From: Dendrobates tinctorius
Taxonomy: Eukaryota
Reading direction: 5' to 3'
NCBI RefSeq assembly: GCF_039654945.1
Contig: NW_027361751.1
Coordinates: forward strand, 4,278,001 to 4,342,000
Length of the DNA: 64,000 nt
Made by a program: the position numbers and the translations under genes. Shown here one piece after another: positions 1-11,554 of the stretch. Position 1 is the first letter of the stretch. Each line of letters starts with the position of its first letter. The notes beneath the pieces are model-generated. The model saw nothing but the letters and a program-made list of their open reading frames with translations, was not told the DNA's origin and searched no databases.

Positions 1-491
1 CACTGTATGCGTGGCATGCAGCTGCAGTATCAGTGTGCGCTCATTCCCGGTTTTTGTCTGCAGCCACCTTTGGTACTGTGTTGCAGACAGGAGCCAGTGA
101 TGAGATGGCACACTGATACTGCATAGCTGTGCTCCTGCAGTGTCTGTGCTGATGTGCAGAGCCACTGATTGAGGTCAGGGAGTGCTGTCCATTAAGATGA
201 AAGCGAAAAGCGCTCCCTGTGTGAATCGGCAACTGCATAGAACAAGACCCAAGTTAGTATTACTCACATTAACTTGTTGTGCTGTACAGGCACAACATTG
301 CAATAGGGTACAAAATGGAGAATTCTTGTGCTCTGCTGCCGCACTGACCGTCGGCTCTCCACCCTCACTGGGTAGGAGCTGCACCGCTGTACTGAATAAG
401 CATACTCTTGGAGGAGGTGTATGACAAATGTCTTCCCTGATCCGCTCCACACATACTGCTGGCATACTCTCCTGGGCAGGAGCTAGAGATT

Positions 492-665
492 CAATTCAGG
501 TGTGATAAGGGTAAAAAAAAGGGGGCAGATATGTTCCGGGTGCTATGATGGAGGAGACCAGCCTATTCACAAGATGAGATGTTTAATGGCACAATGACTG
601 TCAGTGCTCTTCATCAGGTACATTCAAATTAGAGACACAGCCTTTTTATAGCCGTGACATAAGCA
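492..665 (-). mobile_element. Degenerate Penelope-like terminal repeat fragment
   Basis: Diverged inverted homologue of 5858-6000; contains a CTGATGA hammerhead-core remnant on the minus strand. Confidence 0.4.
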
Positions 666-898
666 GTAACTTAAAAAATAAGTCTTATCAGACTTGAAAG
701 AGGTTTTTCATTTTGGGGGCCCAAATTATTTGTTGCGGTATGTCGAATTACAGCTGTAAGAGTCTCGGTCTAGTGTCACTGGAGAGGTTTTTCCAATCAA
801 TCAATATTTAAATTGGAATACATCCTTTGATATATTTACTATAATGTAGTTGCAGTCTTCAATGTGTTGGCTGTTCTAATACTAATCAACCTATCCTA

Positions 899-1165
899 GG
901 GCATAGCACGGTGGCTTAGTGGTTAGCACTGCAACCTTGCAGCGCTGGGGTCCTGGGTTAAAATCCCACCAAGGACAACAGCTGCAAGGAGTTTGTCTGT
1001 TCTCCCCGTGTTTGCGTGGGTTTCCTTCAGGTTCTCAGATTTCCTCTCGCACTCCAAAGATGGGGAATCTAGATTGTGAGCCCCTTCGGGCTCAGTGATG
1101 ATAATGTGTGCAAACTGTAAAGCGCTGCGAATATGTTAGTGCTATATAAAAATAAAGATTACTAT
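899..1165 (+). mobile_element. tRNA-derived V-SINE
   Basis: tRNA-like head (GGTGGCTTAGTGG, B-box-like GGTTAAAATCC), V-domain GGAGTTTGTCTGTTCTCCCCGTGTTTGCGTGGGTTTCC, L2-like tail TGTAAAGCGCTGCGAATATGTTAG...AATAAAGATT; related copies elsewhere in window. Confidence 0.85.
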
Positions 1166-1788
1166 TCATAATAGGATCAGTAAACATAGACATAATATTA
1201 AAAGTGGGGTTTTAAACCACAGCGTGTCAAAATATTTTAATGAGGTACTAAAACAACCCTGAAGGGTTACGTCTCACTATATTAGAAAAAATACTCAATA
1301 TTTGTGATCAGTTTCAGAAATTAGAGAATCCTTTTGGATTTTGAAACTGGCCACTATGACCCCAGAGCAGTGGTCCCCAACCTTTTTTGCACCAGGGACC
1401 GGCTTCAAGCAAGACCATTCTTCCATGGCAGGGTGGGGATGGAGGTGGGGCGGGGCTTTGGTCATAAGGGGGCAGGGCTATGGACGGGTTGTAGTTTAGT
1501 AGTCAGTGCATACTTATCATTTAATATAACATTTATAATGTGACTCAACTCCCCATAGGTTTTGAATGAGTGGGAGCACGAGGCTTGTTTCCCTGTATCA
1601 GTGGGAACACTGGGCTTGTTTTCCTGCAACAAGATGGTCCCATATTTGACAAATATTCAAAAGGTGTACCACACATATAATCCCCCATATATATAATGGC
1701 CCCACACATGTAATCCCCCATATATATATAATGGCCCCACACGTAATCCCACATATATATGATGGCCCCACACATGTAATCCCATATA

Positions 1789-3382
1789 CAGTGGGGAAAA
1801 AAAGTATTTAGTCAGTCAGCAATAGTGCAAGTTCCACCACTTAAAAAGATGAGAGGCGTCTGTAATTTACATCATAGGTAGACCTCAACTATGGGAGACA
1901 AACTGAGAAAAAAAAATCCAGAAAATCACATTGTCTGTTTTTTTTTCATTTTATTTGCATATTATGGTGGAAAATAAGTATTTGGTCAGAAACAAAATTT
2001 CATCTCAATACTTTGTGATATATCCTTTGTTGGCAATGACAGAGGTCAAACGTTTTCTGTAAGTCTTCACAAGGTTGCCACACACTGTTGTTGGTATGTT
2101 GGCCCATTCCTCCATGCAGATCTCCTCTAGAGCAGTGATGTTTTTGGCTTTTCGCTTGGCAACACGGACTTCCAACTCCCTCCAAAGGTTTTCTATAGGG
2201 TTGAGATCTGGAGACTGGCTAGGCCACTCCAGGACCTTGAAATGCTTCTTACGAAGCCACTCCTTCGTTGCCCTGGCGGTGTGCTTTGGATTATTGTCAT
2301 GTTGAAAGACCCAGCCACGTTTCATCTTCAATGCCCTTGCTGATGGAATTAGGTTTGCACTCAAAATCTCACGATACATGGCCCCATTCATTCTTTCATG
2401 TACCCGGATCAGTCGTCCTGGCCCCTTTGCAGAGAAACAGCCCCAAAGCATGATGTTTCCACCACCATGCTTTACAGTAGGTATGGTGCTTGATGGATGC
2501 AACTCAGTATTCTTTTTCCTCCAAACACAAGTTGTGTTTCTACCAAACAGTTCCAGTTTGGTTTCATCAGACCATAGGACATTCTCCCAAAACTCCTCTG
2601 GATCATCCAAATGCTCTCTAGCAAACTTCAGACGGGCCCGGACATGTACAGGCTTAAGCAGTGGGACACGTCTGGCACTGCAGGATCTGAGTCCATGGTG
2701 GCGTAGTGTGTTACTTATGGTAGGCCTTGTTACATTGGTCCCAGCTCTCTGCAGTTCATTCACTAGGTCCCCCCGCGTGGTTCTGGGATTTTTGCTCACC
2801 GTTCTTGTGATCATTCTGACCCCACGGGGTGGGATTTTGCGTGGAGCACCAGATCGAGGGAGATTATCAGTGGTCTTGTATGTCTTCCATTTTCTAATTA
2901 TTGCTCCCACAGTTGATTTCTTCACTCCAAGCTGGTTGGCTATTGCAGATTCAGTCTTCCCAGCCTGGTGCAGGGCTGCAATTTTGTTTCTGGTGTCCTT
3001 TGACAGTTCTTTGGTCTTCACCATAGTGGAGTTTGGAGTCAGACTGTTTGAGGGTGTGCACAGGTGTCTTTTTATACTGAGAACAAGTTTAAACAGGTGC
3101 CATTACTACAGGTAATGAGTGGAGGAAAGAGGAGACTCTTAAAGAAGAAGTTACAGGTCTGTGAGAGCCAGAAATCTTGATTGCTTGTTTCTGACCAAAT
3201 ACTTATTTTCCACCATAATATGCAAATAAAATGAAAAAAAAAAAAACAGACAATGTGATTTTCTGGATTTTTTTTTCTCAGTTTGTCTCCCATAGTTGAG
3301 GTCTACCTATGATGAAAATTACAGACGCCTCTCATCTTTTTAAGTGGTGGAACTTGCACTATTGCTGACTGACTAAATACTC

Positions 3383-3384
<2 letters not shown>
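1789..3384 (-). mobile_element. Tc1 DNA transposon
   Basis: About 210-bp TIRs starting TA|CAGTGGGGAAAA; the right TIR lacks part of its outermost bases; encodes a transposase. Confidence 0.95.
2005..3024 (-). CDS. Tc1 transposase (DD34E), uninterrupted 339-aa ORF
   Basis: Paired-like HTH N-terminus, GRPR-like [35 protein letters not shown]; 34 residues between second D and E. Confidence 0.95.
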   Translation of the reverse strand: MVKTKELSKDTRNKIAALHQAGKTESAIANQLGVKKSTVGAIIRKWKTYKTTDNLPRSGAPRKIPPRGVRMITRTVSKNPRTTRGDLVNELQRAGTNVTRPTISNTLRHHGLRSCSARRVPLLKPVHVRARLKFAREHLDDPEEFWENVLWSDETKLELFGRNTTCVWRKKNTELHPSSTIPTVKHGGGNIMLWGCFSAKGPGRLIRVHERMNGAMYREILSANLIPSARALKMKRGWVFQHDNNPKHTARATKEWLRKKHFKVLEWPSQSPDLNPIENLWRELEVRVAKRKAKNITALEEICMEEWANIPTTVCGNLVKTYRKRLTSVIANKGYITKY

Positions 3385-3446
<62 letters not shown>

Positions 3447-3505
3447 GGGATTACATGTGTGGGGCCATCATATATATATAGATATAGGATTACATGTGTG
3501 GGGCC

Positions 3506-3559
<54 letters not shown>

Positions 3560-4615
3560 TGTATATACTCGAATATAAGTCGAGATTTTCAGCCCAAAAA
3601 ATTGGGCTGAAAGTCCCCCTCTCGACTTATATTGGAGTCATATACAAAGGGGGCGGATGTGTCAGGTCATACTTACCCGTCCTGACGCTGTCTTGAGCCC
3701 CCAGCTTCTCCGCGCTCTCTTCCTGCCTTCAGCGGTCACGTGGTGCCGCTCATTAAAACTCATCAATATGCGCATATTGATGAGTTTTAATGAGCGGCAC
3801 CACGTGACCGCTGAAGGCAGGAAGAGAGAGCGTGGAGAAGCTGGGGGCTCAAGACAGCGTCAGGACGGGTAAGTACAGCGATACTCACCTGTCCTGCGTC
3901 CATGGCTGCTTGCTGCTGTCTGTCATCGGTCAGTGACTTCAGACAGCAGAGGGCGCGGTGACGTGGTTAATGCGCGCCGCGCCCCCTGCAGTCTGAACGT
4001 CACTGACTGATGACGTGCAGATAGCGGTGAGCAGCCATGGACGCAGGACAGGTGAGAATCTGACACCCAGCGACGGAGAGGTGATTATGTCATTTTTTTT
4101 ATTTTTACATGCAGCAGCAGCAGCGGCAGCACATGGGGGAATAATCTAAGGAGCTTCTTATGGGGGCAGCATATGGGGGAACAATATGGAGCTTCTTGTG
4201 GGGGCAGCATATGAGGGAACAATATGGAGCTTCTTATGGGGGCAGCATATGGGGGAACAATATGGAGCTTCCTGTGGGGGCAGCATATGAGGGAACAATA
4301 TATGGAGCTTCTTATGGGGGGGCAGCATATGGGGGAATAATCTGGAGCTTCTTGTGGGGGCAGCATATGGGGGAATAATCTGGAGCTTCTTGTGGGGGCA
4401 GCATATGAGGGAACAATCTATGGAGCTTCTTATGGGAGCAGCATATGGGGGAATAATCTATGGAGTTTCTTCTGAGGACACCATATGGGGGAATAATCTA
4501 TGGAGCATTTCCCACCCTAGACTTATACTCGAGTCAATAAGTTCTCCCAGTTTTTTGTGGCAAAATTAGGGGGGACGACTTATACTCGGATCGACTTATA
4601 CTCGAGTATATACGG
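3560..4615. mobile_element. Tc1/mariner-type MITE with internal palindromes and minisatellite
   Basis: TIRs (T)GTATATACTCGAATATAAG / CTTATACTCGAGTATATACGG within a TA run; the right half of a related copy lies at 15532-16218. Confidence 0.7.
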
Positions 4616-4625
4616 TGTGTGTGTG

Positions 4626-4675
<50 letters not shown>

Positions 4676-4679
<4 letters not shown>

Positions 4680-5230
4680 GGATTACATGTGTGGGGCCAT
4701 CATATATATATATGTGGGGGATTACATGTGTGGGGCCATCATATATATGGGGGATTACATGTGTGGGGCCATCATATATATGGGGGATTACATGTGTGGG
4801 GCCATCATATATATGGGGGATTACATGTGTGGGGCCATCATATATATCTATATGGGGGATTACATGTGTGGGGCCATCATATATATAAGCGGGATCACAT
4901 GTGTGGGGCCATATATATATATATAATGGCCTCACACATGTAATCCCATCCTGTATACATGGCTTTGATCCCACTCTCCCGTCCTGTATACATGGCTCTG
5001 CTCCCACTCTCCCGTCCTGTATACATGGCTCTGCTCCCACTCTCCCATCCTGTATACATGGCTCTGCTCCCACTCTCCCATCCTGTATACATGGCTCTGC
5101 TCCCACCCTCCCATCCTGTATACATGGCTCCGCTCCCACCATCCCACGCTTGTATATATGGCTCCGCAAGCACCCTCCCTCCCTTGTATATATGGCTCCG
5201 CTCCCACCCGTGTATGCATGGCTGGGCTCC
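4676..5230. repeat. Two adjacent ~33-bp minisatellites
   Basis: Units GGGGATTACATGTGTGGGGCCATCATATATATG and CCCACTCTCCCATCCTGTATACATGGCTCTGCT. Confidence 0.9.
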
Positions 5231-5857
5231 CCCGTCCTCCCCATCATACTTACCCTCACGTCGCTGAACTTCCCTGTATCTCGCGGCGCGTCAGCTTCTT
5301 CCTGTGCGGTCACGTGGTACCGCTCATTTAAGGTCATGAATATGGACACCACGCCTTTGGGAGAGGAGTGGCGTCCACATTCATGACCTTAAATGAGCGG
5401 TACCACTTGACCGCTCAGTGCTGGATGAAGCCGCCTCGCCGACAGGGATGCAGGGTGAGTATCCATATGGAAGCTATAGCCACTGGCTCCCCTTGTGTCC
5501 GGGGACCTGCAAGAGCACTGCAAGTCTGCAACGACCCGGTCCTGGGCCGCGGACCGGTGGTTGGGGACCCTTGCCCCAGAGGGTCTCGGTGTCAGCATTA
5601 ATTACACACGTTGAATTATGTTAGTATAGATTTTTGGTAGAATTTCATTATCTATTTTTTTGTTTGTACGTATGTGTTTGTGTGTGGCTTTTTTGAATAT
5701 TTGTTTATATTTTTTTTTTTCTTTACGTGTGTATGTGTATATCTCTATATCTCTGTCACGCTCTCATTTCTGCAACATTACCTGTATTTTAAAGCTTTTT
5801 CCACAATGGGTTCTGTTTCCTATGATGGATACTGTATAATGTTTTTTAAATTACTCT

Positions 5858-6000
5858 TTATGTCACGGCTGTAAAACGGCTGTGAATGTCTCTTAATTGT
5901 ATGCACCTGATGAATTGGACAGACTGTCATGTGAATAGTCTGGTCTCCTCCATTGCAGCACTCGGAATTTATCCGCCCCTTTTTCCGCCTGAATTGTCAA
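5858..6000 (+). mobile_element. Degenerate Penelope-like terminal repeat fragment
   Basis: Inverted homologue of 492-665; CTGATGA remnant near 5906. Confidence 0.4.
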
Positions 6001-6234
6001 TTAAGATAGGACACATTGCTCAGTATGAAAATTAAGGGGCTTAACGGTGTACTGAGCCCTTACTCGCGCCATAGCACCCTAATTAGCATATGATTTTTTT
6101 TTTTATTATTATTATTTTTTTTTTTTCAAATAAGCCACTAAAATGTATACTACTGGTATGATTTTTACAGGGGTTTAGTCCCCTATATACTAAAAGTGGT
6201 TTATTTAGCATTTTGGTGGTAACAGACTTTTTAA

Positions 6235-6541
6235 GGGTGAGTGCACACAGTGCGGATTGAGCTGCAGATTTTTTCCGCGTGGATTTGTAGGTAAAACCGC
6301 ATGTAAATTGACCTGCGGATTTGCCTGCGGTTTGACACCTGGACAATGGAACAGGTGTCAAACTGCTGCGGAATCCGTAGAAAGAATTGACATGCTGCGG
6401 AATTAAAACCGTGGAAAAATCCGCAGCATGTGCACTGCGGTTTTGAAATCCCATAGATTTGCATTGTACTGTACAATGCCTGCAGATCTACAGAGGCAAA
6501 TCCGCTGCGGATCCGCAGCAAAAAACTGTGTGCACATACCC
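6235..6541. mobile_element. PIF/Harbinger-type MITE
   Basis: TIRs GGGTGAGTGCACACA / TGTGTGCACATACCC; TAA TSD. Confidence 0.75.
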
Positions 6542-8914
6542 TAACAGTTTAGGACCGTAAAAGAGGTTCCTTTTTGAGATTGTCGTATTTATGGCCGCAA
6601 CGTCGCTCTCTTTGGAGAATTTACACTATGGGGCAGTATATGGGTTATTGGTATTTTAGACCTGTACCCACTAGCTCCCTGGTTGTTTGGATGTGGACCC
6701 TTCTCCTGTCAACATCGGTGTCATCTTGACTTGTAACCACTTATCAGTGTCCAAGATTTTTTTGGTTGTGATCATCTAGTTTGCCAATTAGTGATTGTGT
6801 GTTTAGATGGCGTACCCATTTAGTATCGACCTACAGAAATTCCCATTATTGTTCGTGACCCTCATCTGTCCCTGACCATCATATAAATGGGGCTAGAAGG
6901 AGTGCTGCTCGCGTAGTTTACATTTTATAACGTTCACTGTGGATCTGTAATGATTATTCCCATCTGAGACATTTATATCAATGTAAATGCCATAATTGTC
7001 TAGTGTGGTTCTCCTATTGGACCCTTCTGATGAAGCAGCCATGACATCCAGGTTGAATATGAAGTGGCTGCATCCCTGCTGGGCTGTTTAATTTTATTGT
7101 GTGGAAATGGCTGGAGGGCGCTGTGCAAATGCTTCCTCTCCTCCGTTCAGTTTCTACTTGAATGTGGCAGCCACCTTATATAGTTGTGGGCCCTGCACCT
7201 ACCACCGGTTTCTCTATGGGAAAGCTGAGCATAGTTCTCTGACCGTCCCAAAGAGAATGAATGGAGCGTGCGCACTGCTGCTCCATTCTACCAGGGATAA
7301 TTGCTAATTTCTGGTGATGGGTGGGGGGTCTGACTGCTGAAACCCCCAACTAGAAGTTATCATTTGGTGATAATTTAGCCCTAATTTTTCTTCAAAAACC
7401 ATAAAATCCCAGATTCCTGACTGAAGTCATCCAGGATTATTTTATTTATTTTTTTACTATGGGCCTAAGAACTAATGTGCAGGAAGTTGCTAACTACCTG
7501 CCTGTTTTGCCTAGTGCTGATCTCTGCCAGCAGAGAGTATCACAGACCACTCCTGTGGGAGATTCGGCTGATTCCGCTGACAGTACATCGACAGGGCAGC
7601 GGCTTCTCTTCAGCTCTGATATGTTGAATGGTCGTGACTGCCCCTAACTGTGGGGTGCCGACTGTCAGTCAGCCTGTCTTTGTCACTCACGCACTGTCAA
7701 CAGCAGTCCGGGTGAGGAAGAGCTGCTCTGTTGATGTGGAGCAGCTGAATTGCCGGCAGTCGAGATCGGTGACTGCTCTGAGTCAGTTCTGGGTATAACA
7801 GGCAGGTAGTTGCCTCTGTTAGCAACTACCTACCTGTTAGTTTTCAGGCCTGTAGTAAAATTAAGATTAGTCCTGGAAAACCCCTTTTAAGTGGATAGAA
7901 TATCACAGCAGACAACTATACCAGGGTTCAATCCTATGGGGGGATTAGCAGAGTATGTTCAAGATTTGCTTGAAATGCGACCGCAAATCAGATCACAAGC
8001 TGATGAGAAAATCTGTAAATTCACTGATGCTATGGATTTATTATCCACAATGTCACATTATGCATATTTTCTGCACCTATTCTTCCTCAGACTGCAGAGA
8101 TCTCATGTCCACACCAGCTGCTGATGGAGGAGGCTGATGGACGGGTCTGGTCACTGCTCCTCCACCTACAGCTGTTGTATGGACAACTGTGCTGTCTGTG
8201 AGGAAAGCTGCACTAACAAGAATCGAAATAGGGTAGCATTGCTTAAAGGTATTGTATATCGTAAAAGTTTCATTGGTATGACTTTTCATTTAATCTCATT
8301 TTGAGGGGATCAAACTTTTTTTTTTTTTTTTTTTGACTAACTGAAGATAGTACTGTCTGGGGAAGAAGAAAATTAAAATTCTTCACGTCGAAATTCTATA
8401 AAGATTTTGTTTCTCTATTAAGATGTTTACATCACCTTTCACTTGAAGCTCCCAAATAGTGCTCGCTTTACCATGACACATTTGTTAGGACTGTATGTTT
8501 AAGGGTATGTTTACTCTACCTCTTGTTATGGTGGTTTTTGAGCTTGCCCACTGTTAAAAACACTCTTTAAAGGGTTTTCCTATTTTTTCTATCGGAAAAC
8601 ATTGTGCTGTGTTATATTCATTTGAGCGTCTTGTAAACTGTTAAGGCTGTCAAAAACACCTGGTGAGAGAAAACATACACGCCACTACTTTACAGAGCCT
8701 TCTGATGGAAAACACTACAATCTGGACATTGTCCAATCAAAAGGCTTTAGGAAACGAAAAACTGACCCAAAAACTTTCCAAAGGAGAGTTTCCTTAAGTT
8801 TCCACTTTAAAAAAAAAAATAAAAAAAATAAAATGTTTTTGACTGCTGTAAAACAACTCTGCATTACAGTAGTTTGTGAAAGTATTCTCCAGTCTTGGCA
8901 TTTTTTGTGTTTTG

Positions 8915-9745
8915 CAACAATGCTGCTGCCACCATGTTTCACTGTGGGGATGGTGTTTTTGGAGTGAAGAGCTGTGTCGGTTTGGCACCAGACATAATGG
9001 TTACCTTGGTAGCCAAAAAGTTCAATTTTGATCTCATCTGACCACAACACTTTACTCCATACATTTGTGAAGTCTCCCACATATCTTTTGGCAATCTCAA
9101 AGTGAGCCTTACAATTTGTGTGTTTAAGTAAAGGCATTTTTCTGCCCACTCTTCCATAAAGGCCACTACTATGTCATGTACGGCTTATTGTGGCTGTATG
9201 GACAGATACTTCAGTCTATACTTGGGAACTCTGCAGCTCCTTCAGGATTACCTTTTGTCTCTGTGCTGCCTCTGATTAATGCTCTCCTTGCCCGAGCTGA
9301 GAGTTTTGGTGGGCATCCCTCTCTTTGTATGTTTGTTGTGGTACCATATTCTTTCCATTTGATTGATTTGATGGCGCTTCAGGGGATCATCAGAGATTGG
9401 GATATTTTTAATAACCCAACCCTGACTTCCGCTTCTCAACAACTTAATCCCTAACTTGTTTGGAGATCTCCTTGGTCTTCATGATCTTGTTTGGTTAGTG
9501 GAGCCTCTTGCTTAATGGTGTTGCAGCCTCTGTGGCCTTTCAGAAAAGATAGTGTATATACTGACAGACCATGTGACAGGAAGTCCATCTGCGTGCTGTG
9601 TATCACTAAGCACGTGACTTATGAAGGTAATTTCTTGCACCAGAAATTTTCAGGGGCTTCATAGCAAATGGGGTCAATACACATGTCGATTTTTAGTTAT
9701 TTGGTCATGAATTTAATTTTTGCCTATATTTTTCTCACTTCACCA
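8915..9745 (-). pseudogene. Degraded Tc1 transposase remnant
   Basis: Fragments WSKVLWSDEIKIELFG and [10 protein letters not shown]; multiple frameshifts; C-terminal half absent. Confidence 0.85.
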
Positions 9746-9962
9746 ACTCCACCACCCCAATCTTTTTTTTTTTTTTTTTTTCCTTGTTGTTTTTTGCTTC
9801 TATTTGCAAAGTTGCTTTATTCTTATTTTTTTTATGAACTTATTAGTAGGTAGACCTAACCTTTAATCCCAGATGTCAGTGCTCTGTCTAGATGTAAAAT
9901 TAATGTATGCCCCCAAAGAAAAATATTTTTTTAATGACCTATCTTAAAATGTTTTTCTACAG

Positions 9963-10009
9963 ATCTGGTTGAGAACTTTGACGAAGCCTCAAAGAACGAA
10001 TCCATCTAA
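9963..10009 (+). CDS. BTF3: Last coding exon of BTF3 (NAC beta) family gene
   Basis: Acceptor ttttctacag|; phase-1 exon reads (D)LVENFDEASKNESI*, the BTF3/BTF3L4 C-terminus. The 3'UTR block GAGCTGCTATTTTATA resembles the BTF3 3'UTR as I recall it; BTF3L4 is not excluded. I found no upstream exons in the window. Confidence 0.8.
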
Positions 10010-10209
10010 GCTGAAAATCGCTGAGGAACCAAACGCTGAAAAGAGCTGCTATTTTATAATGTGACTTATCTATTTGTGTTTTCTTTTTTTGACTTGATGA
10101 GATTAAAGATGAATTCCTTAATAACATTCAATATGTAGCAGCTCGGCTTCAGTACCCACTTTATGGCAGAACCTACGTGTGCGGCCTAGTTCAATAGGAC
10201 ACACCTGGA

Positions 10210-10215
10210 AATAAA
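10210..10215 (+). terminator. Putative poly(A) signal of BTF3-family gene
   Basis: First AATAAA, about 200 nt after the stop codon. Confidence 0.6.
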
Positions 10216-10574
10216 GATTGATCTTCAAAAAACTTCGAGTGAGATCTTTCGTATGTTTAGTAGGGTTTTCCAGTTACTATATTACCAGGTCTCAAAATAT
10301 ATTTGATGCAAATAGTGGTAGTTTTGGGCATGACTTCTACTGGACTACACAATTACGTAAGAATGTCCTCTCCAAGCTATGTATAGTTTCTAGCAGGGCT
10401 GTGGAGTTGGAGCTCATTTTGGTGGAGTCGGTATAAAATGGACCAACTCACATTCCTAAAATATATAATAAATTAGGTACAGTAGTTCAATGCAGAATGT
10501 GCTGAATATATTTTCATAGGATTTTGGGAAAGTTATGAAATGTCCTATAAATGGCTGCTCTATTCCTGATCTAA

Positions 10575-10875
10575 GGCTACATTCACACACAGCGTTTTTG
10601 CCGCGTTTTTTGAGGATACGTTTTTCAACTGCAAAAGCAGATCAGCTTTTTAAAAAACCGCATCACCTGAAAAGGTTTTTGAGCTCATAGATAATGTTTT
10701 CAATAGCAAAAGCAGATTAGAAAAACTCCACACAAACGGACATGCTCATTCAGCCCAAAAACGGATCCTCACAAAGCAATGCGTCTGAATGTCATATCTT
10801 GAAACCCATTGACTTTGCTGGGATGCCCAGAGTCACTGCATTTTACTGCAAAAACGCTGTGTGTGAATCATGGCC
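10575..10875. mobile_element. PIF/Harbinger-type MITE
   Basis: Imperfect TIRs GGCTACATTCACACACAGCG / CGCTGTGTGTGAATCATGGCC after TAA. Confidence 0.7.
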
Positions 10876-11554
10876 GTAGCCAGCGAGAGGCGGGGGGGCA
10901 GCTGCCACCCCTAGAAGAAGGGGCACGCACCTATCAAAACTCGTATGCTGCAGTGCTTCCGTCCTGCACCGGCTCCAGACTGCAGGGGGCAATCTCCCCT
11001 CCTCTGTCCTGTCTTCTGCCGTCTTCACCAGAGAGGAGGGGGAGGGGTGCCTTGCCTGCACAGGATCAGATTCCTGGGCCCCGAGCTGGAGAAAGTTGTG
11101 CACACACTGCAACTGGCAATAAGAGAGTCTGCAAGAGAGACATGCTGAAATCTGATTGGAAAAGTGAGGAAAAGTCTTAGTTACTCACCGGTTAACGGTA
11201 TTTTTCGGAGTCCATGACAGCACCACCTGAGAGGGGATCCGCCCTTCAGGAACAGGAAACCTACAGATACAAAAAGGGCGGCACCTCTCCAACGCATCAG
11301 TTGGATTACAGAGCACAAGAGGACCTCCAAGGTTAATGGCATGATTTATGTACAATACTATCACTACTTAATTATTTTTCACCAGTGGGTATATACAAGA
11401 GGAAGACGTGCACACCCAAATTAAACTAAAGGGAGGGAATATACGGGTGCTGTCATGGACTCCGAAAAATACCGTTAACCGGTGAGTAACTAAGACTTTA
11501 TTCGGTCTTCCATGACAGCACCACCTGAGAGAATTACAGAGAGTAATAACTACT

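Larger units (their letters stand above)
1368..5573. mobile_element. Non-autonomous hAT element carrying minisatellites and nested Tc1 and MITE
   Basis: TIRs CAGTGGTCCCCAACC / GGTTGGGGACCCTTG; 8-bp TSD CCCCAGAG at 1360-1367 and 5574-5581. Confidence 0.85.

Noticed and set aside
41-465. Several short overlapping ORFs at the window start
   Set aside because: No recognisable domain or consistent splice phase; they do not match the expected upstream BTF3 exons.
2378-3115. 245-aa plus-strand ORF
   Set aside because: Antisense shadow of the Tc1 transposase.
4085-5386. Repetitive ORFs of up to 272 aa
   Set aside because: Translations of minisatellites and (TA)n runs, open in many frames on both strands.
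7021-7070. CTGATGA as a possible hammerhead
   Set aside because: No downstream GAAAC, cleavage triplet or closing stem I.
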